From NCBI GenBank assembly GCA_049472335.1, contig JBLIRO010000005.1, forward strand, positions 1 to 64,000: a stretch of 64,000 nucleotides of DNA, read 5' to 3'. The notes below the pieces were generated by a model. That model saw only the letters and a program-made list of their open reading frames with translations. It ran no database searches and had not been told where the DNA came from. Source of the stretch: a bacterium (GTDB taxonomy: Bacteria; SZUA-182; DTGQ01; JAFGSM01). Position 1 is the first letter of the stretch. Every line of letters begins with the position of its first letter. Shown here one piece after another: positions 29,968-39,772 of the stretch. A program made the position numbers and the translations under genes.

Positions 29968-30603
29968 ATGGAGTTTCCATATAATGAGTTGGTACTGGAG
30001 CATTTCCGTCACCCACGGAATGTCGGACGAATTGACGATGCAGACGGGAAAGCTACGGAGGGAAGCCCTGCCTGTGGGGACATGGTTGCGGTCTATATCA
30101 AAGTGGACCCGAAAACCAAACGCATTTCGGATATAAGATTTGAGTCCTATGGGTGTGCCTCCAATATCGCTACAGGATCGATTATAACTGAATTGGCCAA
30201 GGGCAAAACCCTTGAAGAGGCAAAAAATATAACATGGAAAGAGGCTTCTGATGCATTAGGAGGCCTTCCGCCTATCAAAATGCACTGTTCGGTCCTTGCA
30301 ATAGAAGGCTTGAGGGCCGCAATTCGTAACTACGAAGAGCGCCATGGCCTTGTCACGGAAAAGGTCCCTACGACAACCGAAGTTGTGGCAAAGAGATTGA
30401 AACATGTTATGAACCCTATGACGGGACTGGACCTGGTAAGGACAAAACTTGTCAAAGATATCGAAGTAAAAAACGGCATCGTTTCGGTCCTGATTGACAT
30501 ACCGTCCGACCATCCTTTTGCGAATGCTATTAAAGAAGATATCATTGATAAAATCGGACCGATCTGGGATGTAAAGGAAGTAGTCGTAAATTTTACGGAA
30601 TGA
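29968..30603 (+). CDS. iscU: IscU/NifU-N Fe-S scaffold fused to a C-terminal DUF59 (SufT/MIP18-like) domain
   Basis: HFRHPRNVG, PACGD, YGC, LPPIKMHCS. C-terminal LKHVMNPMTGLDLV..LVKDI resembles DUF59. Confidence 0.88.
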   Translation: MEFPYNELVLEHFRHPRNVGRIDDADGKATEGSPACGDMVAVYIKVDPKTKRISDIRFESYGCASNIATGSIITELAKGKTLEEAKNITWKEASDALGGLPPIKMHCSVLAIEGLRAAIRNYEERHGLVTEKVPTTTEVVAKRLKHVMNPMTGLDLVRTKLVKDIEVKNGIVSVLIDIPSDHPFANAIKEDIIDKIGPIWDVKEVVVNFTE

Positions 30604-30611
30604 GGTGATCT

Positions 30612-30836
30612 ATGTCTGAGATAAAAATAGATGTGCGGGGCCAGACCTGCCCTGTACCTCTTGTGGAGGTTAGAAAAGCCATAAAAAAGGCTACACCAGG
30701 AGATATTATAGAGGTTACAGGCACGCACCCCGCTTCCAAGAAGGAGATACCGATGGCTGTTAGGTCAATCGGTCTGGAGCTTTTAGAGATCGATGAGAAT
30801 GATGAAGGGGTCTGGAAGATCCGTATACGCAAGTAA
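30612..30836 (+). CDS. tusA: TusA-family sulfur carrier
   Basis: DVRGQTCPVP (CPxP) motif, 74 aa. Confidence 0.9.
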   Translation: MSEIKIDVRGQTCPVPLVEVRKAIKKATPGDIIEVTGTHPASKKEIPMAVRSIGLELLEIDENDEGVWKIRIRK

Positions 30837-30845
30837 GGAGAAAAA

Positions 30846-31265
30846 ATGAGGAAAAAAGCGACCATTGTTGTACATAGCGGTGATATGGATAAATTATATA
30901 GTGCGCTTATTATTGCAAACGGGGCATTATCCATGGGGCTGGAAGCATCGCTCTATTTTACTTTCTGGGGTCTGCAACGCCTTAAAAAAGGGGGGCTCGA
31001 GAAAGGCCCGCTCTCTAAGATAAACTTCCTTGGGCTTGGGAAATGGATGGTCAAATGCAGGATGAAGAAGGCCAATGTAGCGACACTGGAGAGACTGATT
31101 CAGGATTTTAAGGAACTGGGGGGTAAGATCATTGCCTGTGAAATGACAATGGAAATTATGGGGATAAGCAAAAAAGATCTCAGAGATGATCTGATCGATG
31201 AATACGGAGCTGTGGGATCATATATCAATGAGGCCAAAGATTCTTCTATCACCTTATTTATATAG
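30846..31265 (+). CDS. DsrE/DrsE2-like sulfurtransferase family protein
   Basis: HSGDMDK, YFTFWGL, IIACEMTMEIMG, terminal TLFI. Confidence 0.88.
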   Translation: MRKKATIVVHSGDMDKLYSALIIANGALSMGLEASLYFTFWGLQRLKKGGLEKGPLSKINFLGLGKWMVKCRMKKANVATLERLIQDFKELGGKIIACEMTMEIMGISKKDLRDDLIDEYGAVGSYINEAKDSSITLFI

Positions 31266-31300
31266 ATTTATACAAATGAACCCAAAGGAAATGGTCTTTT

Positions 31301-31723
31301 TTATCTGATAAAATTTATATAGACTCCCCAGCCTGTTACAATTTGGACAAACGCAAGTATCAGGAGAAATAGATTGCCAATACCATGAACCAGGGGAAGG
31401 AGTTTACGGTTTTTCTTGATTTTATGCATATACAGACCTGTAAATAATCCGAAAAATAAAAAAGGAAGCATAAAAAAGGCAATACTGGAATGTAAACCGG
31501 TTATTTTGGTTCCCCCCCAGTAAAGGTAGACAATTAAAGCTCCGCCCCAAAAACCTGCAAACATGGCTACCAAAGATATTATACCTAACGTCACATGCCA
31601 TTTCCTGTTAAAACGGATATTGTGTTTTAAATGAAGAGATCTGAACCGTTGCAGCCCAATAAAGAATACATACAATACCAGTATAATAGAAAAAAATTGG
31701 TTTACAGGATGCAAAAAAAGCAA
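31301..31723 (-). CDS. Small four-TM His-containing membrane protein (DUF4079 / cytochrome b561-like)
   Basis: Four hydrophobic helices with WHVTLG, LHSSIA, VHGIGN histidines. Confidence 0.6.
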   Translation of the reverse strand: MLFLHPVNQFFSIILVLYVFFIGLQRFRSLHLKHNIRFNRKWHVTLGIISLVAMFAGFWGGALIVYLYWGGTKITGLHSSIAFFMLPFLFFGLFTGLYMHKIKKNRKLLPLVHGIGNLFLLILAFVQIVTGWGVYINFIR

Positions 31724-31746
31724 GAAAGCCCTTTCAAAGATTATAT

Positions 31747-32229
31747 TTATTTGAATTCATGTACAAGTACAAAATCATTGTTTGCTCTTGTTCCATGACA
31801 ACCAACGCACCCCTGAGGTTTCCCATATGGGTCTGCCTTTCCATCAGGTGAATACTTTACCCAAAACCAATCTCCATCATCAGGATTGTAGTTATAGACC
31901 TTATACATCACCGTTATTGCTTGAAGTTTCATGTCCTTGTCGAAATTTTCTTTTACTGCTATAGATCCATATTGGAGTGGAGGTTTTGAAGAATTCAATG
32001 ACCGGTCGTTTACATAGACTTTATGAAGTCGTCCATGGGGTGCACGGCCAGGCTGTACACCTTGATGATCAGGCCAAAATTCCCACTGGGTATACGGAGA
32101 GATTTTGGTAATATAGTTCCATAATTCTGCCGGATCTGCACCAGGCATTTCCTCTGAAGCAAAGGAAGAATAACAAAAAAGGAAGGTTATAAAGAACAGA
32201 AGGCCGATTATAATAACAATCCTTTTCAT
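31747..32229 (-). CDS. Cytochrome P460 / c'-beta family periplasmic cytochrome c
   Basis: Signal peptide, PHG..HKVYVN, GSIAVKEN, TVMYK, GDWFW, C-terminal CVGCH..NDF. ATG at 32229 with AAGGAG RBS. Confidence 0.85.
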   Translation of the reverse strand: MKRIVIIIGLLFFITFLFCYSSFASEEMPGADPAELWNYITKISPYTQWEFWPDHQGVQPGRAPHGRLHKVYVNDRSLNSSKPPLQYGSIAVKENFDKDMKLQAITVMYKVYNYNPDDGDWFWVKYSPDGKADPYGKPQGCVGCHGTRANNDFVLVHEFK

Positions 32230-32352
32230 ACGAACTCCTTTCCATATAATAAAATTAATAAAATTCAACATCCTGTCAGTATACAACATCCTCCTATTCA
32301 AGTACAAATTTATCTGAAAAACTGTTTGCAGGACATTGAAAGGTATTGGTTT

Positions 32353-33315
32353 TTATAATTCAATTCGGGGAATAACACCCCATGATTTCTCATAAGCCTG
32401 GGCCAAGACCCCTTCCAAAAGTCCACCTTCACTTACAATCAAAGATTCCATATCGAGCTTCTCCATCACACAAAGGAGAATTGCTGTTCCCGGGACAATA
32501 ATATCCTCTCTGCCCCTTTCAAGACCGGGGATCTTTCTCCTTTGTTTGACGTTCATGATTTTTATACGCTCATATATCTCTCTAAGTCGGTAAAGATTAA
32601 ATGTATATCCATGGACCTTGACAGGATCATAGATCTTTAGGGCTTGATCTATACTTGCAAGAGTTGTAGGTGTCCCTGCAGTTGCGACGAACACGGCTTT
32701 TTTGGGACAACCCCCTAATATTTTTGCCAGGTTTGTTTTAATATATGCGTTCATTTCCTTCTCATTGTCTACGTTGATCGGAGCAGAAATTCCAAGTCTT
32801 TCAGTAAGTCGAATCACCCCGACAGGAATGCTGAAAAAATCCTTTGTCCCATCGGATAATTGAATAGCAAACTCCGTACTTCCACCCCCAATATCACAAA
32901 TAAATAACGGCATGGTCAGACCTTTTAAGGTTGAAAGAACCCCATGCAATGTTAACTCTGCCTCTTCCTCGCCTTTTAATACTCTGGACTGGATTCCAAC
33001 TTCCTTTTTTACACGTACAAGAAATTCCTCCTGATTTTCGGCTTCTCTTACTACCCCGGTAGTTACCATCCTAATATGCTCAAAACTGTATCCTCGATAT
33101 TGAGATGTAAGTTCCTTAAGGACTTGTATAGCTCTATCCATGGCAGGGGGCTTTAAATATCCATCCGGTTCAAAGCCTTCTCCCAAACGGGCAATCCTGA
33201 GCTTTCGCAGGCAAATCTTTATGGAATTCTGAGGATATTTTTGTGGGGAACCACAAATAAGACGAATCGAATTACTACCCAGATCAATAGCTATTAAAGG
33301 GGTCTTTTTTACCAT
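32353..33315 (-). CDS. ppx: Ppx/GppA family phosphatase
   Basis: AIDLGSNSIRL, GEEEAEL, DIGGGSTE, R.DIIVPG, GLLEG. Confidence 0.9.
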   Translation of the reverse strand: MVKKTPLIAIDLGSNSIRLICGSPQKYPQNSIKICLRKLRIARLGEGFEPDGYLKPPAMDRAIQVLKELTSQYRGYSFEHIRMVTTGVVREAENQEEFLVRVKKEVGIQSRVLKGEEEAELTLHGVLSTLKGLTMPLFICDIGGGSTEFAIQLSDGTKDFFSIPVGVIRLTERLGISAPINVDNEKEMNAYIKTNLAKILGGCPKKAVFVATAGTPTTLASIDQALKIYDPVKVHGYTFNLYRLREIYERIKIMNVKQRRKIPGLERGREDIIVPGTAILLCVMEKLDMESLIVSEGGLLEGVLAQAYEKSWGVIPRIEL

Positions 33316-33377
33316 ATGATACGTAAAAAAAGATAACAATAATACTAAACTAAATGTTAAAAAAGAAGCGGAACTGG

Positions 33378-34457
33378 TTATTTAGGCAAATTTAATCTTA
33401 CTACTTCCTCAGGTTTTCCGATGGGACCTAAGGGTTCCCCATCATATGTAAAGGTTACCCCTCCGGCATTTCCAATCAGAAGAGAAAATTTTGACTGAGC
33501 TTCCAGTTTAACTACATCACCAGGATAAAGTAAAAAATCATAATTTGGATTGTTATCTATTTTTGCGTCTATCCAGGTCATTTGCATTGCCTTGATTATT
33601 AATTCTTTTTTGGGTGCGACCATCTCTCCATATGCTTCTTTGACAGGCGTTCGTGCGTCTAAAAGTGCAGTAAACAGAGGTGCAGAAGAGAACTCAGATG
33701 ACACGATTTCCTCTGTTTGGCCATCTGTATCAAATTTTTTTTCCTCTATAGGTAGTTCATCATCTTCTTTTTTAGCTGTTTGCGTCTCCATGAGTGATTT
33801 TTCTATCTTTGATCCACTCATTAAGGTGCTTTCAATTCCAAACGAAGCAATTGCAGCATTTTCGAAGCCCGATGAATGTTCATGTGTATTTTCAATCGCC
33901 GATTCATCAGTCATTACTCTATCTGTTTCTGATGAATTTAGGATCTCTTTTTCAATTACTGGTAAACCTGCATGGAGTTTTTCTATTTTTTTAGACAAAA
34001 ACGCATCACGATCGGTCTTATTCATAGAAAGAGAGGTTTGTTTTATAAAAATCGACCATGCAAACCAGATCCCCACTATTAGCACTATTATAATAAAGGC
34101 CGGGAAAATTCGTTTTTCTCTGATGCGCTCAGCCCTTGTCAAGATTTTATTCTGATCAAAGCTGACCCTTCCCAATTGTTTTCTATCATCAAAAAGAACT
34201 CCATTTTTGCCTATCGGATAAGTATTCATAACAAAATCCACATATCGGGAGATTATTTCATTGGAATTTAATCCGAGCTGCTTCGCGTAGGTATGAAGAA
34301 AGCCCTTTGCAAAAGCAGGATAAGGGAACTCCTCAACGTGATCCGATTCGAGGGCTTCAAGGACATGATGACTTATTTTAGTGACATTACTTATCTCTTT
34401 TAAAGATATACCTTTCTTTTCGCGTTCTGATTTGATAAAGGCCCCAAAAGATTCCAA
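33378..34457 (-). CDS. rodZ: RodZ-like cell-shape protein (HTH, TM, DUF4115)
   Basis: N-terminal HTH (FGAFIKSEREKKGISL...KGFLHTYAKQLGL), single TM, C-terminal WIDAKID...IGNAGGV. Confidence 0.85.
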   Translation of the reverse strand: MESFGAFIKSEREKKGISLKEISNVTKISHHVLEALESDHVEEFPYPAFAKGFLHTYAKQLGLNSNEIISRYVDFVMNTYPIGKNGVLFDDRKQLGRVSFDQNKILTRAERIREKRIFPAFIIIVLIVGIWFAWSIFIKQTSLSMNKTDRDAFLSKKIEKLHAGLPVIEKEILNSSETDRVMTDESAIENTHEHSSGFENAAIASFGIESTLMSGSKIEKSLMETQTAKKEDDELPIEEKKFDTDGQTEEIVSSEFSSAPLFTALLDARTPVKEAYGEMVAPKKELIIKAMQMTWIDAKIDNNPNYDFLLYPGDVVKLEAQSKFSLLIGNAGGVTFTYDGEPLGPIGKPEEVVRLNLPK

Positions 34458-34694
34458 AGCATTTACCTCTTTTTTTTGTAAAAATCATAATTAAATATTT
34501 TTTAAATTTACCCTAAAAATTTTAGCACTTTAAAGTCTTTTTCGCAAGGTGAACTTTTAAGGCTGTTACTATTTCTATCGGCAATTTTTAAAATAAAAAT
34601 CAACTATTCTATTTATTTAATTGCTGCATTAAATTTACTATGATATTATTAAAAATATATATAATGAGTCCCTTATCTATCGAAAGAGTTCACT

Positions 34695-35066
34695 ATGACA
34701 GAAAAAAATGATAAAAAGGAAAGAAGAAAACATCCAAGGATTAATGTTGAGATACCTGTTGAGATTGCTTCTCTCACCTTGAAGTTTTCAAGCACCGACT
34801 CACAATGCAGGGTAGTAAACATAAGTTGTTCAGGACTATATTGCCAGGTGGATCGTTTTTTCCCTGTATTTACCAAATTAGATGTAACACTTCTTTTAAA
34901 CACAAACCTGCAAGGGAATGGTAAATTCAATAAAATTAACTGTCGCGGGGTTGTGGTTAGAATCGAACCTTCCCGCCCTATCAAGGGCTGTAGGGAATAT
35001 CGGATTGCTGTATTCGTTCCGGGCGGCATTCCTATTGATTCTTTATCAGATAAGATAATAAATTGA
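34695..35066 (+). CDS. Stand-alone PilZ domain protein
   Basis: ERRKHPR and NISCSG motifs. Confidence 0.82.
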   Translation: MTEKNDKKERRKHPRINVEIPVEIASLTLKFSSTDSQCRVVNISCSGLYCQVDRFFPVFTKLDVTLLLNTNLQGNGKFNKINCRGVVVRIEPSRPIKGCREYRIAVFVPGGIPIDSLSDKIIN

Positions 35067-35067
35067 T

Positions 35068-36885
35068 ATGTATCAAAAGATAAAGGTACTTCCTGAAAAA
35101 TTAGCCAATATGATTGCAGCGGGTGAAGTTGTTGAAAGACCCGCTTCAGTAGTCAAAGAACTGGTTGAAAACTCCATTGACGCAGATGCTGATAGAATAG
35201 AGATCAACTGCCGCGGGAGTGGGAAAAAATTAATTCAAGTGCTGGATAATGGCCAGGGTATGGAATATGAAGATGCACTTATCTGCCTGGAAAGACATGC
35301 TACCAGTAAGATCCAGTGTGAAGACGATCTGACTTCCATCCATACCCTCGGCTTCAGGGGCGAAGCTCTTCCGAGCATTGCCTCAGTATCGGAAATGGTC
35401 TTGACTACTCGAACTGGTTCTATGGACTTTGCAACCAGGATAATTCTCAAGGCCGGTGTAATTAAGCAGGTTACAAAATCAGGCTCACCCATAGGAACAA
35501 TGGTCGAAGTCAAGAACCTGTTTTCGAATGTCCCTGTGAGGGCAAAATTTCTCCGTTCGCCACAGACTGAATTATCTCATATTATACAAACCGTGCTCAG
35601 GCAGGCTGTTCCTAGACATGATATTTCATTTTTACTCTCAAACGATGGAGATAACATGCTTCATCTGGTCAAGTCAAACAACCTGGGTCAGAGACTTTTT
35701 CAGATCCTCGGCCAGGAATCAATAGATGATATGATTGAGATAGAAGACGAAAAAGACGGGGTAAAAATAAAGGGCTTTATATCCAAAATAAATCTAACCC
35801 GTTCCAATCTACTGGGCCAATATCTTTATATAAACAGCCGGTTCATAAAAAGTCCTATCATTCAAAAGGCAATTCATAATGCATATCATCCATATATTCC
35901 CCGTCAAAGGTATCCTCTTTTTTGCCTTTTGATAGATATAGATCCAAAAAGGGTTGATTTTAATGTTCACCCAACGAAGTTAGAAGTAAGGTTTGATAAT
36001 CCTGCAAGAATTGTGGATTTGATAAACACATTGATTAAAGAGAATATAAGCCTGCCTATGATATGGCCAAAAAAATCCACCCAATTTCAAAAAACAGATA
36101 TTACTGAATCGAATATTACCTCACCAAATAAAACTGATTTATCCCTTTATAACCGACACTCAAAAACTAATTTTAGGGATTTCAAACCCATGCAGGTGCC
36201 CCTGATAATGGAGAGCGGCAAAAGTGAATATCCTGCAAAACAGACAATAGAAAAACCTGATGATATTGGTTCCTTCTATGTCGATAACGATAAAGACAAA
36301 AAAAGACAGGAACTTATACCCCTCGGACCCTGTATACAAATAAATCATTCATACATTGTCTATGAAGCACAGGAATGCATTGTAATCATAGATCAACATG
36401 CAGCGCACGAAAGGATCAATTATGAAAAAATCAGATCTTTACTGCTTGCTGAAAAACCTCCCCGTCAGAATCTACTCACCCATCCTATTATAACCGTTTC
36501 ACCTGAAGAAGATGCGTTTATGGACCAGGTTATCCCTTTGCTGAATGAACTGGGATTCATATTGGAACCATTTGGCACAAGGACTTATATTCTCCGTTGT
36601 GTCCCACCATTTTTTGAAACAGATCCCACACAGATCATGCAGACCATCATTCATAAACTTCTTGAATCCCGTTCCATTAATGAAAAGGCTCAGATTATCG
36701 AACCCCTGAGTGCAACCATGGCATGCCATCTATCAGTAAAAGCCCATCAATACCTTAAGCCCGAGGAGATACATCAATTGATTAATGACTTGCTTGCCAC
36801 AGAACATCCTTATTCGTGTCCCCATGGCCGTCCTACGCTATTCAAGATTACTCAAAAGGACATAGAAAAAAATTTTGGGAGGTAG
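35068..36885 (+). CDS. mutL: DNA mismatch repair endonuclease MutL
   Basis: IAAGEVVERPASVVKELVENSIDA, GFRGEAL, DQHAAHER endonuclease motif, CPHGRP. Confidence 0.97.
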   Translation: MYQKIKVLPEKLANMIAAGEVVERPASVVKELVENSIDADADRIEINCRGSGKKLIQVLDNGQGMEYEDALICLERHATSKIQCEDDLTSIHTLGFRGEALPSIASVSEMVLTTRTGSMDFATRIILKAGVIKQVTKSGSPIGTMVEVKNLFSNVPVRAKFLRSPQTELSHIIQTVLRQAVPRHDISFLLSNDGDNMLHLVKSNNLGQRLFQILGQESIDDMIEIEDEKDGVKIKGFISKINLTRSNLLGQYLYINSRFIKSPIIQKAIHNAYHPYIPRQRYPLFCLLIDIDPKRVDFNVHPTKLEVRFDNPARIVDLINTLIKENISLPMIWPKKSTQFQKTDITESNITSPNKTDLSLYNRHSKTNFRDFKPMQVPLIMESGKSEYPAKQTIEKPDDIGSFYVDNDKDKKRQELIPLGPCIQINHSYIVYEAQECIVIIDQHAAHERINYEKIRSLLLAEKPPRQNLLTHPIITVSPEEDAFMDQVIPLLNELGFILEPFGTRTYILRCVPPFFETDPTQIMQTIIHKLLESRSINEKAQIIEPLSATMACHLSVKAHQYLKPEEIHQLINDLLATEHPYSCPHGRPTLFKITQKDIEKNFGR

Positions 36886-36887
36886 AG

Positions 36888-37823
36888 GTGTCTGGGTCTC
36901 TTCCTTTACTAATCATTACAGGACCGACTGGAACCGGGAAATCCAGACTTGCCCTGCATTTGGCTCAGAAATGGAATGGTGAAATCATCAGCGCTGATTC
37001 CCGGCAGATTTACAGATATATGGATATCGGAACAAGCAAGCCCAACGCTGAAGAAAGAGCTATGATACCACATCATATGATTGATATTGTTGATCCTGAT
37101 CAGTTTTATAGTGCCGGAGAATACGGAAGAAATGCTCGATCAATAATCGACAATCTCTTGAAAAAGAAAAGGCTCCCTATCCTGGTTGGCGGCACAGGCC
37201 TTTATATCCGTGTTGTTCTTGACGGACTTGCACCATCTCCTCCCAGTGATCCCCATATTAAGGCCGATCTTTTAGAACAAATTCGGAAAAAGGGAATAAG
37301 AATTCTACATAATAAACTCCTGGAAATAGATCCCAAGGCAGCTAAGAGATTACATCCAAATGACCGTCAGAGGATTTTGAGGGCGATGGAGGTTTTTCTC
37401 ATTACAGGAAAGAGATTGTCAGATTTTCACAGACAAACGATTGATCATCCAAAATACATTACAGCCTTATTCTTTATAAATCGTCCCAGAGCCATACTTT
37501 ATAATATGATAGACCAAAGGGTTGAAAGCATGTTCGAACAAGGCCTGATAAAAGAGGCAAAAGGGCTCATGGAGAGAGGATATACATTAAACCATCCAGG
37601 CTTGCAAAGCCTTGGATATGGTCATATTTATGAATATATTCAAAAAAAGATCAGCCTTCAGGAAGCAAAAAGTTTTATGAAAAGGGATACGAGAAGGTAC
37701 GCGAAAAGACAAATTACCTGGTTTCGACAGGAAAAAAGGGCAATCTGGCTTGATATGTCAGATAAATCTGATGTCCTTGATCTGGCTCCTCAGATTGATT
37801 TAAATCTCAGGTCTCCTAAATAA
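36888..37823 (+). CDS. miaA: tRNA dimethylallyltransferase MiaA
   Basis: GPTGTGKS, ISADSRQIY, GGTGLY, TRRYAKRQITWF. GTG start with GGAGG RBS. Confidence 0.97.
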   Translation: MSGSLPLLIITGPTGTGKSRLALHLAQKWNGEIISADSRQIYRYMDIGTSKPNAEERAMIPHHMIDIVDPDQFYSAGEYGRNARSIIDNLLKKKRLPILVGGTGLYIRVVLDGLAPSPPSDPHIKADLLEQIRKKGIRILHNKLLEIDPKAAKRLHPNDRQRILRAMEVFLITGKRLSDFHRQTIDHPKYITALFFINRPRAILYNMIDQRVESMFEQGLIKEAKGLMERGYTLNHPGLQSLGYGHIYEYIQKKISLQEAKSFMKRDTRRYAKRQITWFRQEKRAIWLDMSDKSDVLDLAPQIDLNLRSPK

Positions 37824-37827
37824 AGCC

Positions 37828-38706
37828 CTAAGAAGGGAGTCTCTTTCCGGTGATATACTCTTCTAAGGTCTTGTTTACTCTCGCCAACTCCTCTGACTTC
37901 TGCTTGGTCTCCTCAAGGAGGGAATTGATTTTTTCCTGAGCCTTTTTACGTTCTGTGATATCTTTGAATACACAACCTAATCCTATTATCTGGTCCTGAT
38001 CGTTCCGGATATCAAAAAAGGAGGACAAAGTAGTTTTTTGATCACCCTTTTCACCAACAAGAATAAGCTCCTTATTGGATATCTCTCCTTGATCCCTCAA
38101 TGAATCAGTAATTTGATCCAATTCCTGTGGATCAGCCAGAAGTGTTGAAAAAAACCTCTTCTCCAGTTTGACTTTTTCATATCCCAAAATTGCCTGAGTA
38201 GCCGGATTGAAAGACGAGATCCTGTATTGATTGTCCAGTATCATAATTCCATCGGATGAGGCTAAAAATAGATTACGGAAACGTTCCTCTGACTCCTTTA
38301 ATTTAGCCTGCAACAGGATTCTTTCTTTTCTAAGGCGGGCCATTTCCATGCAATCACGGGCCACATATGGCATACGGCTGAAATAATCCTCAGTCTTGAT
38401 TATATAATCGCAGGCCCCTAACTTCATTGCTTCAACTGCCACTTTTTCGTTTCCATGCCCTGTCACAATTATTGTAGGAATAGTGAGACCCATTTCTTTG
38501 ATCTGCTTCATCACCTCAAGGCCATTAAACTTAGGAAGGGAATAATCCAGGATGATCAGTTCGTAATTAGAATCTTCTTTTAGTGTATTGAGACAGGCTT
38601 CACCATTCTCAATAATGTTAATGGAGGCATCATTAAAGATCTTCTCCATGCTTCTGCAGGTCAACTTTGCATGAACCTCTTCATCTTCCACCAACAAAAT
38701 TCTCAT
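37828..38706 (-). CDS. Response regulator with receiver + PAS domain and no recognisable output domain
   Basis: ILLVEDE, LIILDYSLP, DYIIK, ESEERFR-PAS-KDITERK, C-terminal coiled coil. Confidence 0.88.
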   Translation of the reverse strand: MRILLVEDEEVHAKLTCRSMEKIFNDASINIIENGEACLNTLKEDSNYELIILDYSLPKFNGLEVMKQIKEMGLTIPTIIVTGHGNEKVAVEAMKLGACDYIIKTEDYFSRMPYVARDCMEMARLRKERILLQAKLKESEERFRNLFLASSDGIMILDNQYRISSFNPATQAILGYEKVKLEKRFFSTLLADPQELDQITDSLRDQGEISNKELILVGEKGDQKTTLSSFFDIRNDQDQIIGLGCVFKDITERKKAQEKINSLLEETKQKSEELARVNKTLEEYITGKRLPS

Positions 38707-39034
38707 ATCTTTAGCCCCCTTTTTTCATTTCATACAGACGAAATATATGACATATTAAAAAGCTAACCCATAATCTCAATCCCATTTCTTTGGAATTGAG
38801 AATAAATCTGCTAATAATTGTATGCAATTATTTCGGAGCAGTCAAGAAACAATCGTAATAAAGTTAAAACATTTAATGGTAAGTGAATAATATTTATATA
38901 AAATTTATCGTACTTTTTTTATAATTTCTTTCAGTAATGTCAAATAAAAAATATTTAATAAACGCTTTAAATCATCGAAGGAGTGCATTGGTGCTTTTAC
39001 TAAAGACCGTTAGAAAAGTGAAGCGATTTTCTTC

Positions 39035-39772
39035 TTATTCTTTTTCAAAGGTAATTTGGTTATGGCATTCAGAGCAATCTAATCCGTACTCTCCGTCATG
39101 AGGATCCTCATGGCATTTATTACATAAAAATTTTGTCCCTGTATATTTAACGAGTATACCTTTTTCCGAAGGTGAGGTTGTGGATTCTACTTCATGACAA
39201 TCTCTGCAAGCAAGATCCATATGTTTCCCTTTTGGACCTTTATCCATGTTTACATGCTCATAGGTTATGGTCTTAAAATTTTCCTCATTATGACATTTAT
39301 CACAGTCAGTATCAAGCTGCCCCAGATGAATATCATAATGACAATCTCTACATCTGTTTTTATCAAGTAAATAACTCTCTTTAGAATGGCACACAGTACA
39401 TCTCAACAATGCATGTTTTCCGTTAAGGGGCCATCCTGTAGAATTATGATCAAATCTCTCAATATCCAGATGTATTAGATTATAGGATTCACCATGATGT
39501 TCTGAATGACAATTAACACATTCCTTAGATGCTTTGGCATGCAATCCGGAATTTGACTCGATCTTTTCTTTGATCTTTTCATGGCATAACAGGCATTTAT
39601 CAAAATCCAGTTTTTGGCCTTTTGTATGACAGGCGTTACACTCTCCTGATTTTTCCAGTTCCTTATGTACCTCGGAAAGCACCCCGTGGGAAAACAATTT
39701 AGACCATTTAACCTTAAATCCTAAATAAAAAACAAAAATTATCAAAACAATGAACAAAATTATCTTTTTCAT
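39035..39772 (-). CDS. Membrane-anchored or exported nonaheme cytochrome c
   Basis: Nine CxxCH motifs (CNACH, CLLCH, CVNCH, CTVCH, CRDCH, CDKCH, CRDCH, CNKCH, CSECH). N-terminal hydrophobic helix. TAATG-coupled to the upstream gene. Confidence 0.92.
   Translation of the reverse strand: MKKIILFIVLIIFVFYLGFKVKWSKLFSHGVLSEVHKELEKSGECNACHTKGQKLDFDKCLLCHEKIKEKIESNSGLHAKASKECVNCHSEHHGESYNLIHLDIERFDHNSTGWPLNGKHALLRCTVCHSKESYLLDKNRCRDCHYDIHLGQLDTDCDKCHNEENFKTITYEHVNMDKGPKGKHMDLACRDCHEVESTTSPSEKGILVKYTGTKFLCNKCHEDPHDGEYGLDCSECHNQITFEKE

Noticed and set aside
33550..34155. 201-aa plus-strand ORF and similar antisense ORFs inside lon, valS, the flavoprotein and iscS
   Set aside because: Antisense to well-supported genes, with no motifs or RBS.
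34575..34602. Sigma-28-like -10 element (GCCGATAG) upstream of rodZ
   Set aside because: No acceptable -35 element at the required spacing.
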